DNA of 64,000 nucleotides from Myxococcota bacterium (GCA_965223415.1 OZ245002.1:480001-544000), one strand, 5' to 3'; counted from the stretch's first letter, positions 1 through 10,344 are shown. Notes: a model not told the origin generated them from the sequence alone. Made by a program: numbers and translations.

Positions 1-246
1 GGCCGAGCGGTGGGGCTTGGCGACGAGGGAGAGCGCGCCCAGCTCGGACAGAGTGGAGCGCACGCTGGCGGAGGAGAGGGCCACCGGCAGCAGCGCCGAG
101 ATGCGATCGGAGGCGACCGGCGCCGCCTCGCCCACGTAGGACGAAACGACCACGTTCATCACCTGGCCCTGACGGTCCGACAGCACGGGGCCGGGGCTTC
201 GTCGTGTGTGCAGCGGACCGGGCAGGATCGCGGACTCCTCGGGCAC
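1..246 (-). CDS. hrcA: Heat-inducible transcription repressor HrcA, N-terminal part (runs off window edge)
   Basis: Manual translation gives ...VLSDRQGQVMNVVVSSYVGEAAPVASDRISALLPVALSSASVRSTLSELGALSLVAKPHRSA, matching the HrcA wHTH (PVgS...SsAtiR..l..L......PH.SA). It lies downstream of hemW, as in the classic hemW-hrcA order. Start uncertain (GTG 246 or 186). Not in the ORF track. Confidence 0.85.
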   Translation of the reverse strand, partial: MPEESAILPGPLHTRRSPGPVLSDRQGQVMNVVVSSYVGEAAPVASDRISALLPVALSSASVRSTLSELGALSLVAKPHRSA

Positions 247-334
247 GCCCCCGCGGGCTCCCCGCGGGCCGAAAACCCAATGAAATCAGAGGGCTGACCC
301 ATACCATCGGCCCGACGGAGCGTCAACGAAAGCC

Positions 335-1501
335 CTACACGAGGGCCGCCGACACCGTATCGGCCAGCAGCCAGCCGCGTCGGGTGAGCCGCCAGGCCGA
401 GGCGGCCACTTCCAGGAGGCCCGCCTCCCGCATCTCCAGGAGGGCCGGCCAGCAGGCCTCCGGAGCCAGGCCGAACTCGGCCTCGAAGGCGCCCCGGGCC
501 AGGCCCTCCCGGGTGCGAAGGGCGAGGAAGGCCGCCTCCGCCCGCGCGGTGGGCTCGTCCAGCCGCTCGAGCCCGGGCGGCGCGGCGCCACGGCCGGCCG
601 CGATCCGGGTGAGCCAGAGGGAGAGCTCCCGCTCGTTGGCCCGGCGGGCGCCGAAGGGCGCCCCCGGGCCGGGCACCTCGCTCGAATGGGCCCCGGGACC
701 GAGGCCCAGCACGGGCTGCCGGCGCCAGTAGCGCCGGTTGTGGCGGGCCTCGGAGCCGGCGCGCGCGTAGCTCGAGACTTCGTACCGCAGGAGTCCCGCC
801 TTCTCGAGGGCGTCGGCGGTCGTCTCCATCATCGCCGCCGTGATCTCCTCGCCTGGCGGGACGAGCTGCTCCCGGGCCACCGCCGTGGCGTAGGGAGTTC
901 CCTCCTCCACCGTGAGAGCGTAGGCCGAGACGTGCCCGGGCCCGTGGCCCAGGGCCGCCTCGACGTCCGCGGCCACGCCCGCGGCGTCCTGGCCCGGGAT
1001 GCCGAAGATGAGATCGACCGAGAGCTGGGCGAAGCCCGCCGCCCGCGCCGCCTCGAGGGTGCGGTGGCCCTCCTCCGCCCGGTGGGCCCGGCCCAGCCGG
1101 TGCAGACAGGCGTCGTCGAAGGACTGGATCCCGATCGAGAGCCGGTCGACACCGGCCTCGCGAAAGCCCGGCAGACGGTCGCGCTCGACGCTGCTCGGGT
1201 TCACCTCGAGGGTGGTCTCCGCCGGTGCGCCCTCGAAGGTCTCGCGGATCCCAGCGATCAGCCGGGCGATGGATTCCGGACGGAGGAGCGAGGGTGTGCC
1301 ACCGCCGAGGTAGATCGTGGCCAGGCGGTGCCCAGGGTAGGCCCCGGCCCGGGCCTCCAGCTCGGCGAGGAGCCCGGCGACCGTGCGCTCCTCCTCGGCG
1401 GGCAGAAGCCTGCGGCGGGCGACGACCGCGAAATCGCAGTAGGGACAGACGCGCTCGCAGAACGGCACGTGCAGGTAGATCCCGAGGTCCGGCGGCGTCA
1501 C
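335..1501 (-). CDS. hemW: Radical SAM heme chaperone HemW (HemN-like)
   Basis: YLHVPFCERVCPYCDF (CxxxCxxC), GGGTPS, YEVSSY, HNxxYW motif. Confidence 0.92.
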   Translation of the reverse strand: MTPPDLGIYLHVPFCERVCPYCDFAVVARRRLLPAEEERTVAGLLAELEARAGAYPGHRLATIYLGGGTPSLLRPESIARLIAGIRETFEGAPAETTLEVNPSSVERDRLPGFREAGVDRLSIGIQSFDDACLHRLGRAHRAEEGHRTLEAARAAGFAQLSVDLIFGIPGQDAAGVAADVEAALGHGPGHVSAYALTVEEGTPYATAVAREQLVPPGEEITAAMMETTADALEKAGLLRYEVSSYARAGSEARHNRRYWRRQPVLGLGPGAHSSEVPGPGAPFGARRANERELSLWLTRIAAGRGAAPPGLERLDEPTARAEAAFLALRTREGLARGAFEAEFGLAPEACWPALLEMREAGLLEVAASAWRLTRRGWLLADTVSAALV

Positions 1502-1584
1502 GCTTCCATACTAGGGAGGCGTGTCGGTACGCACGAAGGGCCGCTGGTTCGATCCGCCCGGTCGGGACGGTTACCCTCGCCGCG

Positions 1585-4185
1585 ATGCACGCCCCCGTCC
1601 ACGTCGAGACCCTGCCCGGGGGGCCCACGCTCCTGCTTCGGGAGGCCCACGTGGCACCGGTGGCAGAGGTGCAGGTGCTGGCTCGGGTGGGCGCCGCCGA
1701 CGAGGGGCCGGGCGAGGCCGGGCTCGCGCACTTCCACGAGCACATGCTGTTCAAGGGCACCGCGAGCCGCGGTGTCGGCGAGATCGCCGGCGCGATCGAG
1801 GGGGTCGGCGGAAGGATCAACGCCTGGACCTCCTTCGACACGACCTGCTACCACGCGACGCTTCCGAGTGACGCGGTGGCGATCGGGCTCGACGTGCTGG
1901 CGGATGCCACCCAGCACTCGGTGTTCGATCCGGAGGAGACCCGCCGCGAGATCGAGGTGGTGCTCGAGGAGATCCGCCGCTCCGAGGACGAGCCGCACCA
2001 CGTGCTCTCGGACCTGATCTTCGCCACCACCTATCGCGCCCATCCCTACCGGGCACCGATCCTGGGGAGCCGGGAGAGCGTGGCCGCACTCACCCCCGAG
2101 CGGCTGCGTGCGTTCTACGGCCGTTGGTACACGCCGGCCAACCTGGTGGTGGTGGCCACCGGCGACTTCGACACGGGCTGGATGCGCGAGCGCATCGCCC
2201 GTGCCTTCGGCTCGACGGGGGACGGCGCACCGGAGCGCCGGCGCAGCGGCGAGCCCGGCCAGGACGGCCTGCGGGTGGCCCTCGAGCGTCGGCCCTTCGA
2301 GCGCGCGTGCCTCGATCTCTCGTGGCCGGTCACCCGGCTCGCCCACCCGGACACGCCGCTCCTCGACCTGCTCGCCTACGTGCTCGGCGGCGGCGAGAGC
2401 TCCCGGCTCGTGCGCCGCGTGAAGGAGGAGGCCGGGCTCTGCGATCGGATCGACGCCTCCTGCTACACGCCGCTGGACCCGGGGCTCTTCGGCGCGACGG
2501 TGGACCTGGAGGCCGAGCGCAGCGAGGCCGCGATCGAGGCGATCGTGCGGGAGACGGAGCGCCTGCGGCAGGAGCCGGTGAGCGGCGCAGAGCTCGAGCG
2601 CGCGCGGGCGAACTTCGTGGCGAGCCAGGCCTGGGAAGGCGAGAGCGTCTCGGGCATGGCGCGCAAGCTCGGCAGCCACTTCGTCCTGGCCGGCGACCAT
2701 CGCCACGCCGATCGCTACCTGGACGCGGTGCGCACGGCCACCGCCCACGACCTGCAGCGCGTCGCCGCGACCTACCTCGACCCCCGGGCCCTCTCGGTCG
2801 CCGGCGTGCTGCCGGAGAGCGCGCCGGCTCCGGGCGAAGAGCAGGTGCGCCAGGCGGTGCGACGGGCCTGCGAGCGGGCCGAGCGTGCCGCGGCGCCGCC
2901 GCGGCACGAGGCGCGGGCCCCCGCCGCGAAGCCGGCGGCGGGCGCGGCGGCCGAAGAGCTGCAGACCTACGAGCTGCCCGGCGGCACCAGGCTCGTGGTG
3001 GCGCCCCGGCCGGAGGTGCCCGTGGTCGCCGTACGCGCCGCGATGCTAGGCGGCCAGCTCGCGGAGGAGGAGGAGAGCGCGGGCCTCGCGAGCTTCCTGG
3101 CCGGCATGTGGCTTCGCGGCACCCGGGGCCGCTCGGCCGCGGACTTCGCCCGGGAGGTGGAGAATCTGGCCGGCGACGTGGACGGATTCTCCGGCCGCAA
3201 CAGCTGCGGCCTGACCATGGACGCCACTCGCGAGCAGTTCCTGCCCGTGCTCGATCTCTTCTGCGAGGCCCTCCTCTCGCCGGGCTTCACCGCCGACGAG
3301 ATCGAGCGCGAGCGGCGCGACACCCTGGCCGCCATCTCCCGCCGGGAGGACCGGCTCTCGGCCCGGGCCTTCGACCTCTTCGCGCGCACCGAGTTCGAGG
3401 GCCACCCCTACCGGCTACCGCTGATGGGCGCCCCGGAGACCGTCGCCCGCTTCGACCGCGACGCCCTCCTGGCCCTGCACGAGCGGCTGGTGGGCGGCCA
3501 GAACCTAGTGGTGGCGGTGGCCGGCGACGTCGACCCGGACGAGGCGGCCGGCGAGCTCTCGCGCCGGCTGGCCGAGCTGCCGGAGGGCGCCGACCTCGCC
3601 GGCGCGCTGCCGCGCCAGGAGACCCGGGCCCCCGGCATGCGGACCGCCGAGGAGTGGAAGGACCGGGCCCAGGCCCACCTGGTGGTGGGCTTCCGCGGGC
3701 TGGACGTCCACGACCCGGAGCGCGTCGCCCTCGAGGTGCTGTCCCAGGCCCTGGCCGGCCAGGGCGGGCGACTCTTCCTCGAGCTGCGCGACCGGCAGAG
3801 CCTGGCCTACGCGGTCACCGCGGTGAACGTGGAGGGCCTCGCGAAGGGCAGCTTCGCCGTGTACATCGCCACGGCGCCGGAGAAGCTCGAGCAGGCGAAG
3901 AGCGGCATCACCGACGAGCTGCGCCGCGCCGCCGAGCGGGCGATGCCCGACGCCGAGATCGAGCGCGCCCGCCGCTACCTGATCGGTCACCACGCGATCG
4001 ACGCCCAGCGCAGCGGAAGCCGTGCCCTCCAGCTCGCCCTCGACACCCGCTACGGCCTCGGCCCCGAGGCCCACGCCCTCTACCCGGAGCACGTTCGCAG
4101 CATCACCGCCGAGGACGTACGACGCGTGGCCGAGCGCATCCTCGACCCGGCCGCCGCAACCCTCGCCATCATCCGCCCGGAGTAG
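1585..4185 (+). CDS. M16 (pitrilysin-like) zinc peptidase, fused two-half form
   Basis: AHFHEHMLFKGT (HxxEH) and NAWTSFDTT. The second half has a degenerate motif and LRDRQSLAY. Start set at ATG 1585, after TACCCT. Confidence 0.9.
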   Translation: MHAPVHVETLPGGPTLLLREAHVAPVAEVQVLARVGAADEGPGEAGLAHFHEHMLFKGTASRGVGEIAGAIEGVGGRINAWTSFDTTCYHATLPSDAVAIGLDVLADATQHSVFDPEETRREIEVVLEEIRRSEDEPHHVLSDLIFATTYRAHPYRAPILGSRESVAALTPERLRAFYGRWYTPANLVVVATGDFDTGWMRERIARAFGSTGDGAPERRRSGEPGQDGLRVALERRPFERACLDLSWPVTRLAHPDTPLLDLLAYVLGGGESSRLVRRVKEEAGLCDRIDASCYTPLDPGLFGATVDLEAERSEAAIEAIVRETERLRQEPVSGAELERARANFVASQAWEGESVSGMARKLGSHFVLAGDHRHADRYLDAVRTATAHDLQRVAATYLDPRALSVAGVLPESAPAPGEEQVRQAVRRACERAERAAAPPRHEARAPAAKPAAGAAAEELQTYELPGGTRLVVAPRPEVPVVAVRAAMLGGQLAEEEESAGLASFLAGMWLRGTRGRSAADFAREVENLAGDVDGFSGRNSCGLTMDATREQFLPVLDLFCEALLSPGFTADEIERERRDTLAAISRREDRLSARAFDLFARTEFEGHPYRLPLMGAPETVARFDRDALLALHERLVGGQNLVVAVAGDVDPDEAAGELSRRLAELPEGADLAGALPRQETRAPGMRTAEEWKDRAQAHLVVGFRGLDVHDPERVALEVLSQALAGQGGRLFLELRDRQSLAYAVTAVNVEGLAKGSFAVYIATAPEKLEQAKSGITDELRRAAERAMPDAEIERARRYLIGHHAIDAQRSGSRALQLALDTRYGLGPEAHALYPEHVRSITAEDVRRVAERILDPAAATLAIIRPE

Positions 4186-4257
4186 TGAGACAAGGGGACG
4201 TTCCTTTCTGTCTCACGGCGAAGCCGTGAGACAGAAAGGAACGTCCCCTTGTCTCAC
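4185..4257. repeat. Perfect 73-bp palindrome (35-bp arms, GAA loop), REP-like; may also act as a bidirectional terminator
   Basis: GTGAGACAAGGGGACGTTCCTTTCTGTCTCACGGC-GAA-GCCGTGAGACAGAAAGGAACGTCCCCTTGTCTCAC, between convergent genes. Confidence 0.9.
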
Positions 4258-4259
4258 CC

Positions 4260-6008
4260 TCACGGGCCTAGCGCGACGCCGTCGCCGCGGGGGTCGCTGC
4301 CGCCGAGGTGGAGGCCGTCGGGCTCGACCACGATGGCCTGGGCGCTGGACCAGTTGCGCTCGGAGATCTCCACGGTGTGGCCGCGCCGGCGCAGGCCCTC
4401 GACGACGTCCGCCGGCGTCGCGTCCTCGACCAGCACCCGGTCGGGCACCCACTGGTGGTGGAAGCGCGGGAACGAGACCGCCTCCTGTACGTCCATGCCG
4501 TAGTCCACCACGTTGACGATCGACTGCAGAGTGGTGGTGATGATGCGCGGGCCGCCGGGGCTGCCTGTGACCATACGCACGCGCCCGTCCTTCATCAGGA
4601 TCGTCGGCGTCATGCTCGAGAGCGGGCGCTTGCCCGGGGCGATGGCATTGGCACCGCGGGTATCGATGAGCCCGAAGGCGTTGGGCGTCCCGGGCGCGAT
4701 CGAGAAGTCGTCCATCTCGTCGTTCAGCACGATACCGGTGCCCGGCGCGGTGATGCCGGAGCCGAGGATCAGGTTGACCGTCTGGGTGATCGCCACCGCG
4801 CCGCCCGCCGCGTCGGTCACCGAGAGATGGGTCGTGCCGCCGCCGCGGGGCGGGTCCCCCGGCGCCTCGACCCGGATGGCCACCTCGCGCCGCCCCCAGG
4901 TCCAGGGCGGCCGCCGCCACCAGCCCGGGTTGATGCGCCCGCGCAGCGCTGCCGCCCGCTCCGACGAGACGAGCCAGGCGATCGGCACGTCGACGAAGTC
5001 CGCATCGCCGAGGAAGGTGTTGCGGTCGGCGAAGGCCAGCTTCATCGCCTCCGAGAGCCGATGCAAGCTCGCCGAGGAGCCCGCACCCAGGGCGGCCAGG
5101 TCGTAGGCCTCGACGATGCCGAGGATCTGCACCAGCGCGACGCCGCCGGACGACGGCGGAGGGAAGGAGAGGACCTCGTGGCCCCGGTAGGTCCCGCGGA
5201 TGGGCTCGCGCTTGCGCGCCGCGTAGCCGGCCAGGTCCTCCAGGGTGAGCAGGCCGCCGTGGGCCTGGACCGCCGCGACCATCGCCTCCGCGATCGGCCC
5301 CGTGTAGAACGCGTCGGCGCCGCGCTTCGCGATGGCGCGGAGGGTCTTCGCCTTGTCCCGTTGGACGAGCCGCCAGCCCGCCTGGATCGGGCTGCCGTCC
5401 GCCGGCAGCTGGATGCGCGCGGTCTCCGGGAACGCCTCGGCCAGACCGAGGCGCTGCCAGAAGGCCAGCCCCGCCGCGTGGCGCGGCCCCACGGCGAAGC
5501 CCTCCTCCGCCAGCCGGATCGCCGGCGCCAGCACCTGCGCTAGGGGCAGCGTGCCGTACTCGGCGAGCGCCTCGGTGAGCCCGCGCACGAGCCCCGGCGT
5601 CGCCACGGCCAGCCCACCGATGCGCGAGGCGTGCTCGGGCAGGCCCGGGGCCAGGTACATGTCTGCCGTAGCCGCCGCCGGCGCCGTCTCCCGGGCGTCG
5701 AGGGCCACGGTTCGGCCGTCGGCCGTGCGGATCAGCAGGAAGCCGCCCCCGCCGATCCCGGAGTGATGGGCATCGGTCACCGAGAGGGCGAAGGCCGTGG
5801 CCACCGCCGCGTCCACCGCGTTGCCGCCGGCCTCGAGCATGGCGACGCCGGCGCGGGTCGCGTCCGCCTGGGGGCTCGCGACCATGCCGCCGCGGCTCCG
5901 CGCCGGCGCAGGCGCCGCGGCGTGGGCAGCCGGGGTGGCGGCGAACAGCGCGGCGAGCGCCAGCGCGGCGATCGCCGCCCGCCTTCCTACACTGGAGAAG
6001 CGTCCCAT
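4260..6008 (-). CDS. ggt: Gamma-glutamyltransferase
   Basis: Signal peptide, GGNAVDAAVA, SGIGGGGF, DARETAP, nucleophile TTHLS, NDEMDDF, PLSSMTP, GSPGG, DPRGDG. Confidence 0.95.
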   Translation of the reverse strand: MGRFSSVGRRAAIAALALAALFAATPAAHAAAPAPARSRGGMVASPQADATRAGVAMLEAGGNAVDAAVATAFALSVTDAHHSGIGGGGFLLIRTADGRTVALDARETAPAAATADMYLAPGLPEHASRIGGLAVATPGLVRGLTEALAEYGTLPLAQVLAPAIRLAEEGFAVGPRHAAGLAFWQRLGLAEAFPETARIQLPADGSPIQAGWRLVQRDKAKTLRAIAKRGADAFYTGPIAEAMVAAVQAHGGLLTLEDLAGYAARKREPIRGTYRGHEVLSFPPPSSGGVALVQILGIVEAYDLAALGAGSSASLHRLSEAMKLAFADRNTFLGDADFVDVPIAWLVSSERAAALRGRINPGWWRRPPWTWGRREVAIRVEAPGDPPRGGGTTHLSVTDAAGGAVAITQTVNLILGSGITAPGTGIVLNDEMDDFSIAPGTPNAFGLIDTRGANAIAPGKRPLSSMTPTILMKDGRVRMVTGSPGGPRIITTTLQSIVNVVDYGMDVQEAVSFPRFHHQWVPDRVLVEDATPADVVEGLRRRGHTVEISERNWSSAQAIVVEPDGLHLGGSDPRGDGVALGP

Positions 6009-6034
6009 GGCAGGACGCTAACAGGGGGTGGGAC

Positions 6035-6754
6035 ATGAAGCGACAAGCACGGACCACGCTCGTGCTCGTGGCGTCGGTGCTCGCGCTGGGCTGCGGCCCG
6101 GCAGAGGAGCCCGAAACCGCTTCCGCCCCGGCCCCCGCCGCGGCTCCCGTCGTGCCCGTGCCCGACGCGCTGCAACCCCGCGACGTCGCCGTCCTCGACG
6201 TGGCGGGCCACGGCGAGATCCGCGTCGAGCTGCTCCCGGAGCTCGCGCCGAAGAGCGTCGAGAGCTTCGTGGCCCTCGCCGAGTCCGAGCTCTACGACGG
6301 CACGCGCTTCCACCGGGTGATCCCGGGCTTCATGGTCCAGGGCGGCGACCCCAACTCCAAGGACGATGACCCGAGCGACGACGGCCAGGGCGGCCCTGGC
6401 TACACCCTCCCCGACGAGTTCAGCCAGGTCTCGATGGTGCGCGGCATCGTCGCGATGGCCCGTCCTCCCCAGCCCGACAGCGCCGGCTCCCAGTTCTTCA
6501 TCGTCCACGAGGACAGCCGCCACCTCGACGGCCAGTACACCGTGATCGGCCACGTCACCCAGGGCATCGACGTGGTCGACTCGATCACCCGCGTCTCCGT
6601 CGATACCACCGGCGAAGCCGGCCCCAAGGACCGGCCCCGCGAGGACGTCTTTCTCCGCGCCGTACGGATCGAGCGCGGTGCCGACTCCACCGACGACGAC
6701 GCGCCGGCGCCTCCGCCCGCGAACGCCCGGGAGTGGGACGAGGGCAGCGCCTAA
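6035..6754 (+). CDS. Cyclophilin-type peptidyl-prolyl isomerase, lipoprotein
   Basis: FHRVIPGFMVQGGDP, SAGSQFFI, LDGQYTVIG; lipobox ALGC. Confidence 0.92.
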   Translation: MKRQARTTLVLVASVLALGCGPAEEPETASAPAPAAAPVVPVPDALQPRDVAVLDVAGHGEIRVELLPELAPKSVESFVALAESELYDGTRFHRVIPGFMVQGGDPNSKDDDPSDDGQGGPGYTLPDEFSQVSMVRGIVAMARPPQPDSAGSQFFIVHEDSRHLDGQYTVIGHVTQGIDVVDSITRVSVDTTGEAGPKDRPREDVFLRAVRIERGADSTDDDAPAPPPANAREWDEGSA

Positions 6755-6806
6755 GCCCGCTCCGCTGGCTCCCCGCGGGCTTTGCGGCTACGTTCCGCGA
6801 CCCCGT

Positions 6807-6882
6807 GGCCCGGTAGCTCAGTTGGTAGAGCACCGCACTGAAAATGCGGGTGTCGCCAGTTCGATTCTGGCCTGGGCCACCA
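6807..6882 (+). tRNA. tRNA-Phe(GAA)
   Basis: 76 nt. Acceptor GGCCCGG/CTGGGCC, D-arm TAGCTCAGTTGGTAGAGC, anticodon arm CCGCA-CTGAAAA-TGCGG, GTTCGATTC T-loop, encoded CCA. Confidence 0.97.
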
Positions 6883-7015
6883 CCGCTTCGGAACCCGACG
6901 GCTCAAGAGCGGATCGCCGCTCCCGCCGCGCACGAGCCCCGACGAAGCTCCGCCGACGAGACAGGTCTCCTCGGGCGCTAGCATCCGGCCCGGGTGGAAC
7001 GGAGGGAGATCGTCG

Positions 7016-7591
7016 ATGCAGCGGGACTACCTGGTAGCGATTGGCCTCTACGTCGCGGCGGCCGTGATCACCGGGCTGCCCTTCCTCGGCATCCTGCGCT
7101 TCGAGCTGCCGCTGTCGTACCTGACGCTCAAGCTGCTGCACATCTTCTTCGTCTTCCTCATCCTGTGCATCCTGGTCGGGCAGATGATCGCCTACAACGT
7201 GATGCAGCACGCCGGCATCACCACACAGCGCGCGCTCCACTACCTCTCGCTCCTCGATCACATCATCCCCGTGAGCCTCGTCTTCATCGGCATCCTGGGC
7301 CATTCGATGGCGGCGCAGCTCGGCCCGCTTTGGGAGACACCCTGGCTCTACGAGGCCGCGTTCCTGCTCTTCGCCTACACGTTGGGGGGCCTCTTCGTGA
7401 CCCTCAACTTCCGGCGAACGGGAATGAACCTGGACGAGGAGTCGCGCAGCTCGGCGGGCGTCTACGTCGGAAGCGGCAGCGGGGTCCTCTTCCTCCTCGT
7501 CATCACCGCGGTGATGGTCTACAAGGACGTGCCGTTCCGAACAGCGCATCACTTCGCCGACATCACGAGGTTCTTCGCCGGCGCACTCTGA
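7016..7591 (+). CDS. Integral membrane protein, DUF2269-like
   Basis: About 5 TM segments, LKLLHI and W..PWL motifs, GGAGGGAG SD. Confidence 0.6.
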   Translation: MQRDYLVAIGLYVAAAVITGLPFLGILRFELPLSYLTLKLLHIFFVFLILCILVGQMIAYNVMQHAGITTQRALHYLSLLDHIIPVSLVFIGILGHSMAAQLGPLWETPWLYEAAFLLFAYTLGGLFVTLNFRRTGMNLDEESRSSAGVYVGSGSGVLFLLVITAVMVYKDVPFRTAHHFADITRFFAGAL

Positions 7592-7669
7592 GAGCCGTCG
7601 CTCGCCGGGGAGGATCGGGGGCGTAGTCGTGCTGCAGGCCACGCCCCGGGAAGCCGCCCGGCCTGCCCC

Positions 7670-8571
7670 TTACGACCGCAGCAGGAACACCATCACCCGG
7701 TGCTCCGTGCTCTGACGCGGCTCCGCGTCGGGGGGTGTGCCCGGCAGGGCGAACGCGCCGTGGAAGCACGCGTTCACCCGCGGCGCCGCGTGCTGCTTCG
7801 TCACCTCGAAGTTCGTGAACGCCAGCACCTCGTCGGTCGTCATGCCGGGGTAATAGCACCAGCGCTGGTTCGGCGCAGCGCCAGCTGGTTCGTCGGGCGA
7901 CCGGTGGGTGCGAAGTCGAGCAGGCCGAAGGGGACGCAGTCCTCGAGGCGCACGGAACGGGGCTCGCAGACGGCCAGCGGCATGTGGACGAGAGGACCGG
8001 TCGCGTAGACGGGGCGCCAGAAGTTGATGACGAGGTAGCCCTCCACCTCGTCGCGCTCGTACTGGCTCCGCCACCAGCGAACGGCCTCGGGCGGGGCGAA
8101 GGCCTCCAGGCTCTCGGCGTAATCCTCGGCGGTGAGCCCGTAGTCCTGGTGGACGCCGGCTCCGTACTCGGGGTTGGGGCTGCCGGGGCCGCGGCGCTGG
8201 AGGGGCGCCTGCACGATCTCGAGGCGACGGCCGGGAAGCAGGCGCTCGCGGACGAGGGCTTCGACCTCCGGGTGATAGACGCGGACGACGTCCTGCTCGC
8301 CGGCGGGGCGCGAGGGATCGAGGTCCCAGCTCGTGACCGCCGAGGGGTGGGAGAGGAGGACGAAGCCGTGCTCCCCGAAGAAGGCGGCCTCGGACCGGCC
8401 GGCTTCCCGTTGCAATGCGCGGGCGTCGTGGATCCGGGTGGGCCCGGCGCCGGGCGTGGCGGGCGTGACCGCGCCGACGTCCTCGAGGCGGGCGAGCACG
8501 CGCTCGCTCGCCTCGAAATCCGGCGGGAAGAAGCCTTGGAGATCGGCTTCGATGAAGGGGGCTGTGGTCAC
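7670..8571 (-). pseudogene. CmcJ/NvfI/AsaB-family Fe(II)/2OG-type oxidoreductase, frameshifted near 7870
   Basis: ORF 8571-7840 has VHQDY, INFWRP and PLAVCE. The family C-terminus (RWCYYPGM, FHGAF, PRQSTEHR) is in another frame ending at 7670. Could be an assembly error. Confidence 0.75.
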
Positions 8572-8699
8572 GAGGAGCTCCGGCTCGCTCGCCCGAGGAT
8601 AGGGCCGCTGCCGCGAAGCTTCATCGTTCGGCCGGGGCCCCTTCCGGCGCCGGCCGCAGTAGCATCCTCGAGTGACTGGGGGGACTCGGAGATGAGCGC

Positions 8700-9116
8700 A
8701 TGAAATGGGTGGTTCGGCTGATCGGCCTCCTCTTGGCCCTCCCGGTGCTGCTGGTCCTCCTGATCTACGGGGCCTCGGAGCTGGGCGGCGAGGTCGTCAC
8801 CCTCGATCGGGCCCAGGCCGACGGCAGCGTCAGCCCCGTGCGCATCTGGATCGCCGACCAGGACGGCCGCTCCTGGGTCGAGCACGGGGAGCCGGACGCG
8901 TTCTGGATCACCCGGTTGGCGGAGTCGCCGGAGCTCTCCCTGACCCGGAAGGGACACACGGACCGCTACCGCGGGGTGCCCGACCGGGGCGCCCACGAGC
9001 TCTACCACCGACTGCGGCGCGAGAAGTACGGCCTGGCGGATCGGTTCCTCGCGCTCCTGCTCGGGAGCGCGGACGCGTGCCCGGGCGTACCGGTCCGGCT
9101 GGAGCCGACCGGCTGA
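8700..9116 (+). CDS. Membrane-anchored hypothetical protein, possibly split-barrel/DUF385-like
   Basis: N-terminal TM helix; VVTL...PVRIWI...W pattern. Confidence 0.55.
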   Translation: MKWVVRLIGLLLALPVLLVLLIYGASELGGEVVTLDRAQADGSVSPVRIWIADQDGRSWVEHGEPDAFWITRLAESPELSLTRKGHTDRYRGVPDRGAHELYHRLRREKYGLADRFLALLLGSADACPGVPVRLEPTG

Positions 9117-9129
9117 GTGCCGGGGGCTA

Positions 9130-10341
9130 GTGTCCTGTTTCGGAAAAAAATACGCAAAATAGTGCGAACTCCCAACGTGCAGGGGGCATCTTACCGGCAT
9201 CACGTTGGGGGGACGTATGGCGAATCGTGGCCGGCCCAAGACGCCGATTGTGCTGACGGATGCGGAGCGAGAAGAGCTCCAGACGCACGCCAGAAGGCGG
9301 AAGAGCGCGCATCAGTTGGCCTACCGCTCGCGCATTGTATTGCTCGCAGAGCAGGGGCTGACGAATGGGGAAATCGCGGAACGCGTAGGCAAGCGACGAG
9401 AGACCGTCGGGATCTGGCGCAAGCGCTTCGTCGAAAAGCGGATCGCTGGGCTCTACGACGAGCCCAAGCCGGGAGCGCCCCGGACGGTGACCGACGAGCA
9501 GGTCGATGAGGTCGTGCGCTTGACGCTAGAGGAAACGCCCACGGGAGCGACGCACTGGTCCGTTCGCCTGATGGCGAAGCGGGTAGGCCTCCCGACGACG
9601 ACGGTTCATCGCATCTGGCGAGCATTCAGCCTCCAGCCGCACCGAGTCGAGCGCTTCCGGCTCTCCAACGATCCCCATTTTGTGGACAAGGTGGTGGATA
9701 TCGTCGGCCTGTACATGTCTCCGCCGGCGAACGCGGTCGTCCTCTGCGTCGACGAGAAATCGCAGATCCAAGCGCTGGAACGGAACCAGCCTGTCTTGCC
9801 GATGCAACCGGGCCGGGCGGAGCAGCGCACACACGGATACCTACGCCATGGCACGACGACACTCTTTGCCGCACTCAACATCGCAACGGGCGAAGTGATC
9901 GGATCCCTCCATCGCCGGCACCGCACGGAGGAGTTCCTGAAGTTCCTCAGGACGATCGACGACAACGTACCCGCCGAACTCGACATCCATCTCGTGCTCG
10001 ACAACTACACCACGCACAAGACGAAGCGAACTCGGAGCTGGCTCGCGCGCCACCCTCGTTTCCACGTGCACTTCACCCCGACGTACAGCTCATGGCTGAA
10101 TCAGGTCGAGCGGTTCTTTGCACTCATCACCGAGCGTTGCATCCGTCGCGGCGTGCATCGCAGCACGAGGGCGCTCGAGAACGACATCCGGAGCTTCCTG
10201 AAGACGACGAACGACGATCCGAGACCCTTCGTCTGGACCAAGACCGCGGATCAGATCCTCGCGAGTGTGCGGCGCTACTGTGGTCGCGTCCTCGACGTCC
10301 ACTCCGATTCTAATCGAGTGGTTTCTTCTGGAACAGGACAC
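9130..10341 (+). mobile_element. IS630-family insertion sequence with TA target duplication
   Basis: Imperfect terminal IRs GTGTCCTGTTTCGGAAAAAA and (rc) GTGTCCTGTTCCAGAAGAAA. Flanked by TA at 9128-9129 and 10342-10343 (CTAG context). Lower GC than its flanks. Confidence 0.95.
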
Positions 10342-10344
10342 TAG
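9217..10344 (+). CDS. IS630 DDE transposase
   Basis: HTH N-terminus, [42 protein letters not shown]; uninterrupted ORF. Confidence 0.96.
   Translation: MANRGRPKTPIVLTDAEREELQTHARRRKSAHQLAYRSRIVLLAEQGLTNGEIAERVGKRRETVGIWRKRFVEKRIAGLYDEPKPGAPRTVTDEQVDEVVRLTLEETPTGATHWSVRLMAKRVGLPTTTVHRIWRAFSLQPHRVERFRLSNDPHFVDKVVDIVGLYMSPPANAVVLCVDEKSQIQALERNQPVLPMQPGRAEQRTHGYLRHGTTTLFAALNIATGEVIGSLHRRHRTEEFLKFLRTIDDNVPAELDIHLVLDNYTTHKTKRTRSWLARHPRFHVHFTPTYSSWLNQVERFFALITERCIRRGVHRSTRALENDIRSFLKTTNDDPRPFVWTKTADQILASVRRYCGRVLDVHSDSNRVVSSGTGH

Noticed and set aside
271..326. IHF-like site (AATCAGAGGGCTG) and TTGACG-17-TATGGG promoter upstream of hrcA
   Set aside because: Both deviate from consensus at key positions; too weak to call.
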